A stretch of DNA of 64,000 nucleotides from Bacteroidales bacterium (lineage in GTDB: Bacteria; Bacteroidota; Bacteroidia; Bacteroidales; UBA12077). How positions within the stretch are numbered: position 1 is the stretch's first letter; each line of letters starts with the position of its first letter. The stretch covers positions 1 to 64,000 of the forward strand of contig JANQHR010000028.1 of assembly GCA_028282585.1 (NCBI GenBank), given 5' to 3'. A model generated the notes under the pieces. The model ran no database searches and was not told where the DNA came from. It was given only the letters and a program-made list of their open reading frames with translations. Both the position numbers and the translations under genes were made by a program. Below, piece after piece: positions 47,765 through 56,542 of the stretch.

Positions 47765-49114
47765 CTAGAATGTTAATCGAATATTTGTTCCGGCTTCCGA
47801 AGAACTAACATCTATTGAACCTTTATGTAATCGCATTATTTGGCGAGATAAACTTAAACCTATACCAGAACCTTGATCTTTTGTTGTGAAGAACGGTATA
47901 AAAATCTTATCTATAATATCTTGATGAATACCGGGTCCATTATCATTTATACATATTATTACTACATTTCTTTTATCCTTATACGAAACTATTCTTATCT
48001 CACGACTTTCTTTATTACCAAATCCTTCAATCGAGTTTTTAATCAAGTTGATTATTACATGTGAAAGTAATTTCTCATCTGCAATTAAAGCTAAATCATT
48101 AGGGGTAACATTAATATATGTATTGATATTACCTTTTAATAATTCTTCGCTAAATAGTTTTATAATTCTTTCTATAAATTCCTTTAACTTGATTTCATTA
48201 AAGCTTGGATTAGGCAGATTAGTAAGTTGTCTATAATTTGCAACAAAATCTTTTAATCCTATACTTCTATCCTCAATTATTTCTAATCCTTCCAACGTAT
48301 TATTAATAGTGAAATCGCTTATACTTTCTTTATCTATAGCTTTTCCTTTTTTATCTCTGAAATATTTTGAGATTGCGGTTATAGTGGTTGTTATTGGGCC
48401 AATAGAATTCATAATTTCATGAGCTAAAACCCGTATCAATTTTTGCCATGATTCAAGCTCTGTTTCATCTAACTCACTTTTTATATTCTGTATTGAAACT
48501 AATTTTATACGTTTTCCTTGTTGTATTAATTCTGTAGCATTTATTGAAAGTTGTTTAAACTCGTTATCAACATTTAACTTTAATAACCTATTTTCTGATG
48601 GTTTAATTTCTTTCAAAACTCTGGCAAACCCAGTAATTAATCCATCCAACTCGTTAATGTTTTGAATTGATTTTAGATTTAACAGTTGCCTGGTTGCTTT
48701 GTTAATTAAAATAACGTTTCCGTTTTCATCGAACCAGATTAGGCCTGTTGCCACATTCTCAATTGCAGCAGATAAATATTGCGATTTAAGAATATTCTCA
48801 ATTTCCGATTTTTTAATAACTTCTTCAATTTTATATAATGAATCATATAATTTATCAAAAGATTTTCCTTTGTTCCGTGGAAACTTTAAAAAATTATAAT
48901 CTCTATTTATTATGCTTTCGAAAAAATCTGCTAATTCATAATTAATTTTATTCAGATATCTTATCAATAATATGATCTGAATAACCAACAACAGAGAATG
49001 GTTAAGTATTAAAAAAGTTTTTTTTGTTGGTACGGAAAATGCAATTAACAAGCAGGTTGCAACCAAAAGAATTATTCTTACTATTATATTGATATAAAAT
49101 TTCTTATAAACCAT
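47765..49114 (-). CDS. Sensor histidine kinase, paralog of 40267-41601
   Basis: LAHEIMNS, NLIKNS, DNGPG and PFFTTK motifs; same MVYK start as its paralog. Confidence 0.92.
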   Translation of the reverse strand: MVYKKFYINIIVRIILLVATCLLIAFSVPTKKTFLILNHSLLLVIQIILLIRYLNKINYELADFFESIINRDYNFLKFPRNKGKSFDKLYDSLYKIEEVIKKSEIENILKSQYLSAAIENVATGLIWFDENGNVILINKATRQLLNLKSIQNINELDGLITGFARVLKEIKPSENRLLKLNVDNEFKQLSINATELIQQGKRIKLVSIQNIKSELDETELESWQKLIRVLAHEIMNSIGPITTTITAISKYFRDKKGKAIDKESISDFTINNTLEGLEIIEDRSIGLKDFVANYRQLTNLPNPSFNEIKLKEFIERIIKLFSEELLKGNINTYINVTPNDLALIADEKLLSHVIINLIKNSIEGFGNKESREIRIVSYKDKRNVVIICINDNGPGIHQDIIDKIFIPFFTTKDQGSGIGLSLSRQIMRLHKGSIDVSSSEAGTNIRLTF

Positions 49115-49121
49115 TTTCTAA

Positions 49122-50492
49122 TTAATTATGCAATCCATATTTTTTGAGTTTTCTTATTAAAGTAGTTCTGGCAATTTTTAATTCATTTGCTGTATGACTA
49201 TGATTCCATTTATGTTTTTTAAGTACTTTCAAAATGGCATGCTTCTCAATTTCATCAAGAGATAGCTTGTCTGTTGGGCTTATAAACTCATTATCAACTC
49301 GCAAATCTGAAATGGTTATTGTATTAAAGTCTGATAGAATTACCGCCTTTTCAATAGTATGCCTTAATTCTCTGACATTTCCCGGCCAGTGATATTTTTG
49401 CAGGTTCCCGATTGCACTATTATCAAATTTCATATTTGTTTTACCATATCGTGATGCGTATAAATTAAGATAATGATTTGCAATTTCAATAATATCTTGT
49501 TGTCTTTCTCTTAATGGCGGCACTTCTATTTCTATTGTGTTGATTCTATAAAGCAAATCTTCTCGAAATAAGTTGTTAGCGACAAGTTTTTTTAGGTCCT
49601 GATTTGTTGCTGAAATTAATCTCACATTTATTGGCACTTCTCTATCTGCGCCAACCTTCGTAATAGCTCTTTTTTCCAACACTGATAGCAATTTAACCTG
49701 CATTCCAATCGACAAATTTCCAATTTCATCCAAGAATATTGTTCCTCCTGAAGCAGATTCAAATTTCCCTGCCCTTTCTTCCTTTGCATCTGTAAATGCT
49801 CCTTTTAGGTGTCCGAACAATTCACTTTCAAAAAGTGTTTCACTAATTGCTCCAAGATCAACTCCAAGAAAAATCTCATCTTTTCTTAAGGATCTTCTGT
49901 GAATTTCCCTGGCAATCAACTCCTTTCCAGTCCCATTCTCACCCAATAATAAAATATTAGCATCTGTTTCTGCAACTTTATCAATTTTTGAAAAGATATT
50001 TTGCATAACATCCGATTTACCAATAATTTTTGAATAGTTTTTATTAATATTCTCAGTCAAATGCTTTTGCTTTTGTTTTAAGCTACCAACCTCTCTTATT
50101 GATTCTCTTAGTTTTAAAGCATTTTTTAAAGTTGCAATAAGTTTATTATCCTCCCAGGGTTTTAAAATGAAATCTGTTGCCCCCTCTTTCATGGCATTCA
50201 CCGCAAGGCTTATATCTCCAAATGCGGTAATCATTATGACCATAATATCCTCGTTATATTTCTTAACTTCCTTTAGCCAGAATAGTCCCTCGGTACCAGA
50301 ATTGATGCCCGTTTGAAAATTCATATCAAGCAATACAATGTCATAATCATCTTTTCTAAGTGACTCTAAAGTTAGGTTAGGATTGCTTATTGTTTTAATA
50401 CATTCAAATTCACCAGACAATAAAAGTTCTAATGCTTTCAATAAACTTTTGTTATCATCAACAATTAAGATTTTACCTTTTACGTTTTTCAA
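49122..50492 (-). CDS. NtrC-family sigma54-dependent response regulator
   Basis: LLDMNF, GENGTGKE, GAFTDA and WPGNVREL motifs; TTG start. Confidence 0.94.
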   Translation of the reverse strand: MKNVKGKILIVDDNKSLLKALELLLSGEFECIKTISNPNLTLESLRKDDYDIVLLDMNFQTGINSGTEGLFWLKEVKKYNEDIMVIMITAFGDISLAVNAMKEGATDFILKPWEDNKLIATLKNALKLRESIREVGSLKQKQKHLTENINKNYSKIIGKSDVMQNIFSKIDKVAETDANILLLGENGTGKELIAREIHRRSLRKDEIFLGVDLGAISETLFESELFGHLKGAFTDAKEERAGKFESASGGTIFLDEIGNLSIGMQVKLLSVLEKRAITKVGADREVPINVRLISATNQDLKKLVANNLFREDLLYRINTIEIEVPPLRERQQDIIEIANHYLNLYASRYGKTNMKFDNSAIGNLQKYHWPGNVRELRHTIEKAVILSDFNTITISDLRVDNEFISPTDKLSLDEIEKHAILKVLKKHKWNHSHTANELKIARTTLIRKLKKYGLHN

Positions 50493-50512
50493 TTCTTTTT
50501 GTATTAGTACAT

Positions 50513-50543
50513 CAAAAATATTGTAGTTTAGTAATAGTTCAAA
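50513..50543 (-). promoter_or_regulatory. sigma70 promoter of response regulator 2
   Basis: Minus strand TTTG-N19-TATTTTTG. Confidence 0.65.
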
Positions 50544-50549
50544 ATTTGC

Positions 50550-50588
50550 TGTAGCAAAATGCTACACTTAGATAATCGAATTGCTACA
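50550..50588. promoter_or_regulatory. Tandem bEBP enhancer sites
   Basis: Perfect TGTAGCAAAATGCTACA (50550-50566) plus a half site TGCTACA 22 bp further on. Confidence 0.7.
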
Positions 50589-50652
50589 TTTAACTCTTAA
50601 ATGAAAACACTTAATTCTCATAAAATTCTATTATTCAATTTATTATACTTTA

Positions 50653-50668
50653 TGGCATCACTATTGGT
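50653..50668 (+). promoter_or_regulatory. sigma54 -24/-12 promoter of permease 2
   Basis: TGGCAT-CACTA-TTGGT, compared with consensus TGGCAC-N5-TTGC. Confidence 0.65.
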
Positions 50669-50699
50669 TAATAGTTTCAAAACCATTAAATTTTAATTT

Positions 50700-53111
50700 A
50701 TGTTTTGGAATCATTTTAAAATAAGCTTTAGAAAAATAATTAATGACAAAATTTTTTCTATTATAAAGATACTTGGCCTGGCAATTAGTATTGCGTGCAG
50801 TATACTTATATTCCAATGGGTAAGCAATGAACTTAGTTATGATAAATTTCATCCCGGTTATGAAAGAATTTACAGAGTGGTTGAAAGTATAGGCAGGGGG
50901 TCAAAAACAACCATGTATGCTCCTATTTGCGGACCGGCTGGTGCTGCAATAAAAGAAAAGTATCCTCAAGTAAAATACTCTGCCAGAACTTATGTAAGGG
51001 GAAATTGGTTATTTAAATACCAGGACAAATCATTTTATGAAAATAAAATGATAATATCCGAACCTGATTTACTGAAAATATTTAAAATACCTTTAATTAA
51101 AGGCAATCCTGATGACGCTTTGGTAAAACCTAATACATTATTAATTACTGAAAGTACTGTAAAGAAATACTTCGGGAATGAGGATCCTATAGGGAAAGTA
51201 ATGAAAATTAATACAAATGAATATGAAATAACAGGAATCATTAAAGATAGTTACGATAATTCCATTTTAGAATATGATTTTATTGCTTCATTGTCTACAT
51301 GGAAAGATTGGGACCAACTCAATAATTGGTACAATACAATGTTTTTTACTTATATCAAACTTCTGCCCGATATAGATTTTGCAGCATTCGAAAAAGATAT
51401 TGATACATTAGCATATCACTATATTGCTGATGATTTGAAAGAAAACGGTTATAATATTAATTTTAAATTAGAACCAATTGCAGACGTACATTTAAATGAA
51501 CCTTTACGATTAGATAAAAATACTCACGGTAATAAAATTTATATATACATATTCTCTATTATTGGAATATTTATTTTGATAATTGGAAGTGTAAACTTCA
51601 TGAACCTTTCCACTTCTAAGAACATTAATAACTTTAAAGAAATAGCTATAAGAAAAATAGTCGGCGGAACCAGAAAGTTTATTATTTCTCAGTTTCTCAT
51701 CGAATCTGTAATATTAAGTTTCATTGCGCTTAATATTGCACTATATACTGTCGAGTTAATTCAAACCGCATTTAATAATCTTGTAGGAAAGGATTTAAAT
51801 ATAGAGTATTTTAGTAATTGGTGGATATTACCAGGCTTAATTATTTTCGGAATATTATTAGGGATTTTATCAGGACTTTATCCCTCGATATATTTATCTA
51901 TTGTGAAACCAGTTGACATTTTTAGAAATGAAAAAAGTAGAAATTCGATTAACTCGTATGTTCGAAAAGGACTAGTAATTATACAATTCGCAATATCAAT
52001 TACATTAATTATTGCTTCATTCATTATTTATTTACAGGTAGATTATATGAAAAATCGTAATCTTGGTTTTAATAAATCAAATAAAGTTGTTTTACCGGTA
52101 AGAGGCGGAATTGATATAGAGCAAAATTATGAAGAGGTTAAAAGCGAATTTCTTTCTAACTCAAACATTACTAACGCCTCTGTATCTTCAAGTTCAATTG
52201 GGAATGATGTTAATAATTATGCGGCATCTTTGGACAATGAAAATGACAACAAATCTCAATCCATGTATTACATGCATATTGATGATAATTTTATTAAACA
52301 ATTCGATATAGAGTTAATTGCCGGAAGAAACTTTAATAAAAATATAGTATCTGATATTTCTTCATGGGATAACAGGGAAAATGGGTCCTTTATTTTAAAC
52401 GAAGCTTCAGTTGAATCGTTTGGATGGTCTTCACCCGAAGAAGCAATTGGACAAGAGATTATTACAGGATTAGGTGGTCGTAAATTAAAGGTGGTAGGCG
52501 TGGTTAAGAACTTCCACTTTATGGGACTACAGAATAAAATTGAGCCTCTCATACTAGAGTTTTTTCCTGACCAGTTTAGAACTATAAATTTGAGTATTAA
52601 TGAAGTCGATATTAAATCTTCTTTAAAGTTTATTGAAAATAAATGGAATGAACTTTATCCTGAAAATCCTTTTGTATATTACTTTATTGATGAAGACTTT
52701 AACAGACATTATATTGAAGAAGTAAAAGCTGGTAAGCTTGTTAGCCTATTTACAGCTTTTGGAATATTTGTAGCTTGTTTAGGGTTATATGGACTAACTT
52801 TATATTCTGCAGAACAAAGAACCAAAGAAATTGGAATAAAAAAGGCATTGGGAGCTTCGGTGTATACTATTGTAATGAATATGTCAACTGGGTTTATATG
52901 GCTTGTAGTTTTATCAAATATTATAGCATGGCCATTAGTTTATTATTTCATGAATAAATGGCTGTCAAATTTCTCTTATAAAATTGATATGCCATATTGG
53001 ATTTACGTTATATCTGGTTTATTAACTTTAATAATAGCCCAATTAACGATTAGTTTACATGCAGTTATTGCTGCCAATAAAAATCCAGTTGAAGCTCTAA
53101 GGTATGAGTAA
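50700..53111 (+). CDS. MacB/FtsX-like ABC transporter permease
   Basis: KEIAIRKIVGG and KEIGIKKALGAS motifs, ends NPVEALRYE. Confidence 0.92.
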   Translation: MFWNHFKISFRKIINDKIFSIIKILGLAISIACSILIFQWVSNELSYDKFHPGYERIYRVVESIGRGSKTTMYAPICGPAGAAIKEKYPQVKYSARTYVRGNWLFKYQDKSFYENKMIISEPDLLKIFKIPLIKGNPDDALVKPNTLLITESTVKKYFGNEDPIGKVMKINTNEYEITGIIKDSYDNSILEYDFIASLSTWKDWDQLNNWYNTMFFTYIKLLPDIDFAAFEKDIDTLAYHYIADDLKENGYNINFKLEPIADVHLNEPLRLDKNTHGNKIYIYIFSIIGIFILIIGSVNFMNLSTSKNINNFKEIAIRKIVGGTRKFIISQFLIESVILSFIALNIALYTVELIQTAFNNLVGKDLNIEYFSNWWILPGLIIFGILLGILSGLYPSIYLSIVKPVDIFRNEKSRNSINSYVRKGLVIIQFAISITLIIASFIIYLQVDYMKNRNLGFNKSNKVVLPVRGGIDIEQNYEEVKSEFLSNSNITNASVSSSSIGNDVNNYAASLDNENDNKSQSMYYMHIDDNFIKQFDIELIAGRNFNKNIVSDISSWDNRENGSFILNEASVESFGWSSPEEAIGQEIITGLGGRKLKVVGVVKNFHFMGLQNKIEPLILEFFPDQFRTINLSINEVDIKSSLKFIENKWNELYPENPFVYYFIDEDFNRHYIEEVKAGKLVSLFTAFGIFVACLGLYGLTLYSAEQRTKEIGIKKALGASVYTIVMNMSTGFIWLVVLSNIIAWPLVYYFMNKWLSNFSYKIDMPYWIYVISGLLTLIIAQLTISLHAVIAANKNPVEALRYE

Positions 53112-53112
53112 T

Positions 53113-53142
53113 AAAAAAGGGTTGATTAATTTCAACCCTTTT
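53113..53142. terminator. Bidirectional terminator
   Basis: AAAAAAGGGTTGA / TCAACCCTTTT between convergent genes. Confidence 0.8.
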
Positions 53143-53162
53143 CAAATTTCATTTATATGATC

Positions 53163-55316
53163 TTATTGAAGATCTTTTACAGTTTCAACCAATTCAGGAA
53201 GATCCATTCCTAAATCTTTTAAGTGCTCAACTTTTGGAACACCATTTGAAGTCCAACCACGACGCTTGTAAACTGCATCTAATAGTTTTTCGTATTGATC
53301 TTCTCTGTGTTTTCTTGTGGCATCCATTTTTTCTTCGATAGACATATTCACAGGATCAACCCCGATGATCTCTTTTAATTGTTTATCGTAATGTTCTGCT
53401 TTTGATTCGTATTCAGCAGTTGTAACAGGACCTGCTGCACGATACGGTTGAGCATCGTCTTTACGTAAACCGTAACCACGACGGATATTGAATATACGTT
53501 GGAAGTTATAAACTCTTTCCGATTGACGAATCATTTCGTGCTTATCAAAATCTAAGCCCGTAACAGCTTTGAAAACAGTCACATAATTATCAACATGCTC
53601 AGGTACTTTAGCCGGCTCATCAGTTTCTGCATTGTTTTCCGGCTCAACATCGTTCCAAGGAAGTTTACATAACCCAACTAAACCAAACCAGGTACGGAAC
53701 ATTGGGAAATAATGTAATGCTTCAGCCTTATCCTCGAATGTCGGAATTTGGTTATTTACCATATCCATGAAAATTAACCAGGCCTCATCATGTTGTGGTC
53801 CTTTGTTTGTCATTGCATAACCACCTTGCTGAGCTAATGATTCTTTAGAAACGTACTGAGAATATTCTAAACCCTTATTCTCCATACCTATATCTTTCAT
53901 AAAATTAGCATCTCCCCAGCCTTTTTCAGCAAACATTTCTTTCATTTTACGAACACCTTGACCAGCTGTTAAGCCAAAACCTTCGCCACGGCCCATTTGG
54001 TGTAAAACTTCCATTGCAGCATCCGCATTACCAAAGTTTAATTTTAAACCACCGGTTCTTTCCTCGTTCAAGATACCATTTTCATAACATTCCATTACAA
54101 AACCCATGATTGTACCATAAGTAATGGTACAAATACCATAAGTATCGCAGTAGAAGTTAGATTCGATAGTAAAATCAGGATTAAATATACCCATGATCGA
54201 ACCATTCGATGAAGTTGTTTCATACTCAGGCCCATCCACGATAACTTTATCCCCTGCATAAGGTCCGGTCCTTAATTCATAATTATCTACACCCTTAGCA
54301 CATGACATATTACAGCCAATCCAACAACCATCAGGTACACCTTGGGTAAAATATGATTTCCACACATCTCCATGAATCTTGTCAGCATCTTTATGATGTC
54401 CGTACTGAAAGTTATTTACCGGTAATAAGTCATAGTCATTCATGATGTTAGTAAGGTGAGCAGTACCTTTACTTTTCATTTCACATTGTTGGTCATCAAG
54501 CTCACGCATTTCTTTGTTGAATCTCTTACCACGTTCCATGATAGAGCTCATATCAACAACATTGTTTAAGTTGCCTTTTACTCCAGGAATCTTACAAACC
54601 AATGCTTTGATTTTTTTGTCTCTGAAAACAGATCCGATACCACCACGACCTGCTTGCTTTAAGCGAACAAGTTTACGTTTGTTATCCCAGAAAGTGAAGT
54701 TTAACATACCGATTAAGGTATGGTCAGCAGCTGTACCAGCCGAAACAACAGAAACATTTTTTCTGTCTTTTTCATCATCTGAGTACATTTCATGTAATAC
54801 TTCACCTAAAACATGACTATCAATTGGCTCCTCCGGAGCTTCTAATATTTCAACTTTACCGTTTACACCATCAAGAAAAACAATAACTTCTTTATCAGCC
54901 TTACCTTGAATTTCAACAGCATCAAATCCGGCAAACTTTGAGAATGGGCCGAAGAAACCGCCTACATTTGAATCCATTACAGAATCAGTTTGCGGAGATA
55001 TAGATACTACTAAGGCTTTACCAGTCCCTGAATATTGAGTAATACCACAAATTGGCCCACCTGCAATTATAATTTCGTTTTCAGGATCATTCCATTTTGT
55101 TTCTTTAGTTGTTGCATCCCATAAAAGTCTTAAACCATATCCTTTACCCCCAATGAATTTTTCTTTCATTTGTTGAGATACAGCTTTTTCTTTAATTTCA
55201 TTTGATCCAACGTTTACATATAACGTACGGTCATTATAACCCTTCTCAATAGGGCGAAGCTCATATTTCCACTCTGTAATAAGCTTATGAGCCGCTTTCA
55301 TTTTTTGAATATCCAT
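53163..55316 (-). CDS. aor: Aldehyde:ferredoxin oxidoreductase family tungstoenzyme, copy 1
   Basis: FIGGKG, DSNVGG, AGRGGIG, KKIKA, GPEYET, CWIGCNMSC and GLCK motifs. Confidence 0.9.
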   Translation of the reverse strand: MDIQKMKAAHKLITEWKYELRPIEKGYNDRTLYVNVGSNEIKEKAVSQQMKEKFIGGKGYGLRLLWDATTKETKWNDPENEIIIAGGPICGITQYSGTGKALVVSISPQTDSVMDSNVGGFFGPFSKFAGFDAVEIQGKADKEVIVFLDGVNGKVEILEAPEEPIDSHVLGEVLHEMYSDDEKDRKNVSVVSAGTAADHTLIGMLNFTFWDNKRKLVRLKQAGRGGIGSVFRDKKIKALVCKIPGVKGNLNNVVDMSSIMERGKRFNKEMRELDDQQCEMKSKGTAHLTNIMNDYDLLPVNNFQYGHHKDADKIHGDVWKSYFTQGVPDGCWIGCNMSCAKGVDNYELRTGPYAGDKVIVDGPEYETTSSNGSIMGIFNPDFTIESNFYCDTYGICTITYGTIMGFVMECYENGILNEERTGGLKLNFGNADAAMEVLHQMGRGEGFGLTAGQGVRKMKEMFAEKGWGDANFMKDIGMENKGLEYSQYVSKESLAQQGGYAMTNKGPQHDEAWLIFMDMVNNQIPTFEDKAEALHYFPMFRTWFGLVGLCKLPWNDVEPENNAETDEPAKVPEHVDNYVTVFKAVTGLDFDKHEMIRQSERVYNFQRIFNIRRGYGLRKDDAQPYRAAGPVTTAEYESKAEHYDKQLKEIIGVDPVNMSIEEKMDATRKHREDQYEKLLDAVYKRRGWTSNGVPKVEHLKDLGMDLPELVETVKDLQ

Positions 55317-55355
55317 ATCTAATTTTCCTTTTAGTTTATTTCTTCAATTGCTTTT

Positions 55356-55428
55356 CAAAATTATAAAATTACATTCTGCGTTGAAAGTATAATATGACTT
55401 AAATCAATATGTTATATTGTGCATATCG
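55356..55428 (-). promoter_or_regulatory. AOR1 promoter with conserved upstream operator block
   Basis: -7 box TAATTTTG plus a block nearly identical to the one upstream of AOR2, at the same spacing. Confidence 0.7.
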
Positions 55429-55438
55429 CTTATTTTGT

Positions 55439-55470
55439 AAAAAAGCGCTCTTTTATTACAATAAGAGCCT
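55439..55470 (-). terminator. Probable terminator downstream of thiF-thiS copy 1
   Basis: GCTCTT-N10-AAGAGC stem with a minus-strand T tract. Confidence 0.55.
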
Positions 55471-55621
55471 AAAATTGTCCAGATTTCAAAGGAATGACAA
55501 GTGATGAAGATTTAATAGTATAAATGCAATATTATTATAAAAGAAGAAGTTAAAGCTCAAGGAAATATCTGAACTACCAACCTCCTACTTTTAGTTTTTT
55601 ATGATTGATATAATAATCAAT

Positions 55622-55675
55622 GTATTATTTTTCCCTGTATTTTCTGGTAACAACAACTTTTTCCTTAATTGATCT
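55622..55675 (-). pseudogene. Decayed fragment of an AOR 3' end
   Basis: 55631-55675 matches AOR2 56681-56725 at 37/45 nt without gaps; translates SIKEKVVVTRKYRE versus STEEKVAITRKYRE. Confidence 0.65.
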
Positions 55676-55707
55676 GCATACCCTATCGATACTCCTTCTC
55701 ATGAAGA

Positions 55708-55911
55708 TTACCCACCTGCAAGAAGGTGTAAAACAACAACAATATCGTTTTCATTTAAGATTGTGGAATCATATTCGTGTGGCTCCACAATTTTATTATT
55801 AACCTTAACGATAATCTTTTTGTATGTAAAATTCTTGATTTTCATTAACTCCCCCATTGTCATGCTTGTGCATTCAAATGATTCAGGTCTATTATTTAAA
55901 GTAATCTTCAT
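55708..55911 (-). CDS. thiS: ThiS/MoaD-family sulfur carrier, copy 1
   Basis: 67 aa beta-grasp pattern ending in AGG. Confidence 0.88.
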   Translation of the reverse strand: MKITLNNRPESFECTSMTMGELMKIKNFTYKKIIVKVNNKIVEPHEYDSTILNENDIVVVLHLLAGG

Positions 55912-55920
55912 TTTACAAAT

Positions 55921-56499
55921 TTATTTTAACAAGATTTCTAAAGCAACATTTGCCTGCATATTTGAAACAATTCCAATACGTGGAGCCAATGGTGGATTTT
56001 CATCCGAAACTTCTGATACTTGATCTCCACAAATTATTAAATTATCGTACCTGGTTTCTTTGAGAGAATTATTTTGCCCCCAACCCGACATTCCTATACC
56101 CATAATGAGCGTTTTATCAGGAAAGAACTTGCTCATTGCACGAACAATCATTTCTTTTGATTCCGGTCTATCAAATGCTTCAATTACTAAATCACATTCC
56201 TTGAATAATTCTTCAAAATTTGATTCGTTAATAAAAACATTATGACTAATTACTTCAATATCTTTATTTATTCTTCCAATATTCTCTTTTAAAGTATCTG
56301 ATTTTACTTTACCAATCTGATCCCAAAAATAATATTGTCTGTTCAAATTAGATTCTTCGATTTTATCAAAGTCGGCAATTATTAATTTACCGGTTCCTAC
56401 CCTTGCTAATGCAACTGCACAATTAGAACCCAAACCTCCACAGCCTGCAATTCCTACAGTTTTTGTTTTTAGTTTCTCTTTAATTTCCTGAAAATTCAT
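55921..56499 (-). CDS. thiF: ThiF/MoeB-family sulfur-carrier adenylyltransferase (short form), copy 1
   Basis: GCGGLGS, SNLNRQ and EAFD motifs. Confidence 0.88.
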   Translation of the reverse strand: MNFQEIKEKLKTKTVGIAGCGGLGSNCAVALARVGTGKLIIADFDKIEESNLNRQYYFWDQIGKVKSDTLKENIGRINKDIEVISHNVFINESNFEELFKECDLVIEAFDRPESKEMIVRAMSKFFPDKTLIMGIGMSGWGQNNSLKETRYDNLIICGDQVSEVSDENPPLAPRIGIVSNMQANVALEILLK

Positions 56500-56509
56500 A
56501 ACGAGAAGT

Positions 56510-56536
56510 AAAAAAAGCCCTTTTTACAGGGCTTTT
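56510..56536 (-). terminator. Intrinsic terminator between AOR2 and thiF
   Basis: Minus strand AAAAGCCCT-GTAAAA-AGGGCTTTTTTT. Confidence 0.75.
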
Positions 56537-56542
56537 GAGTTG

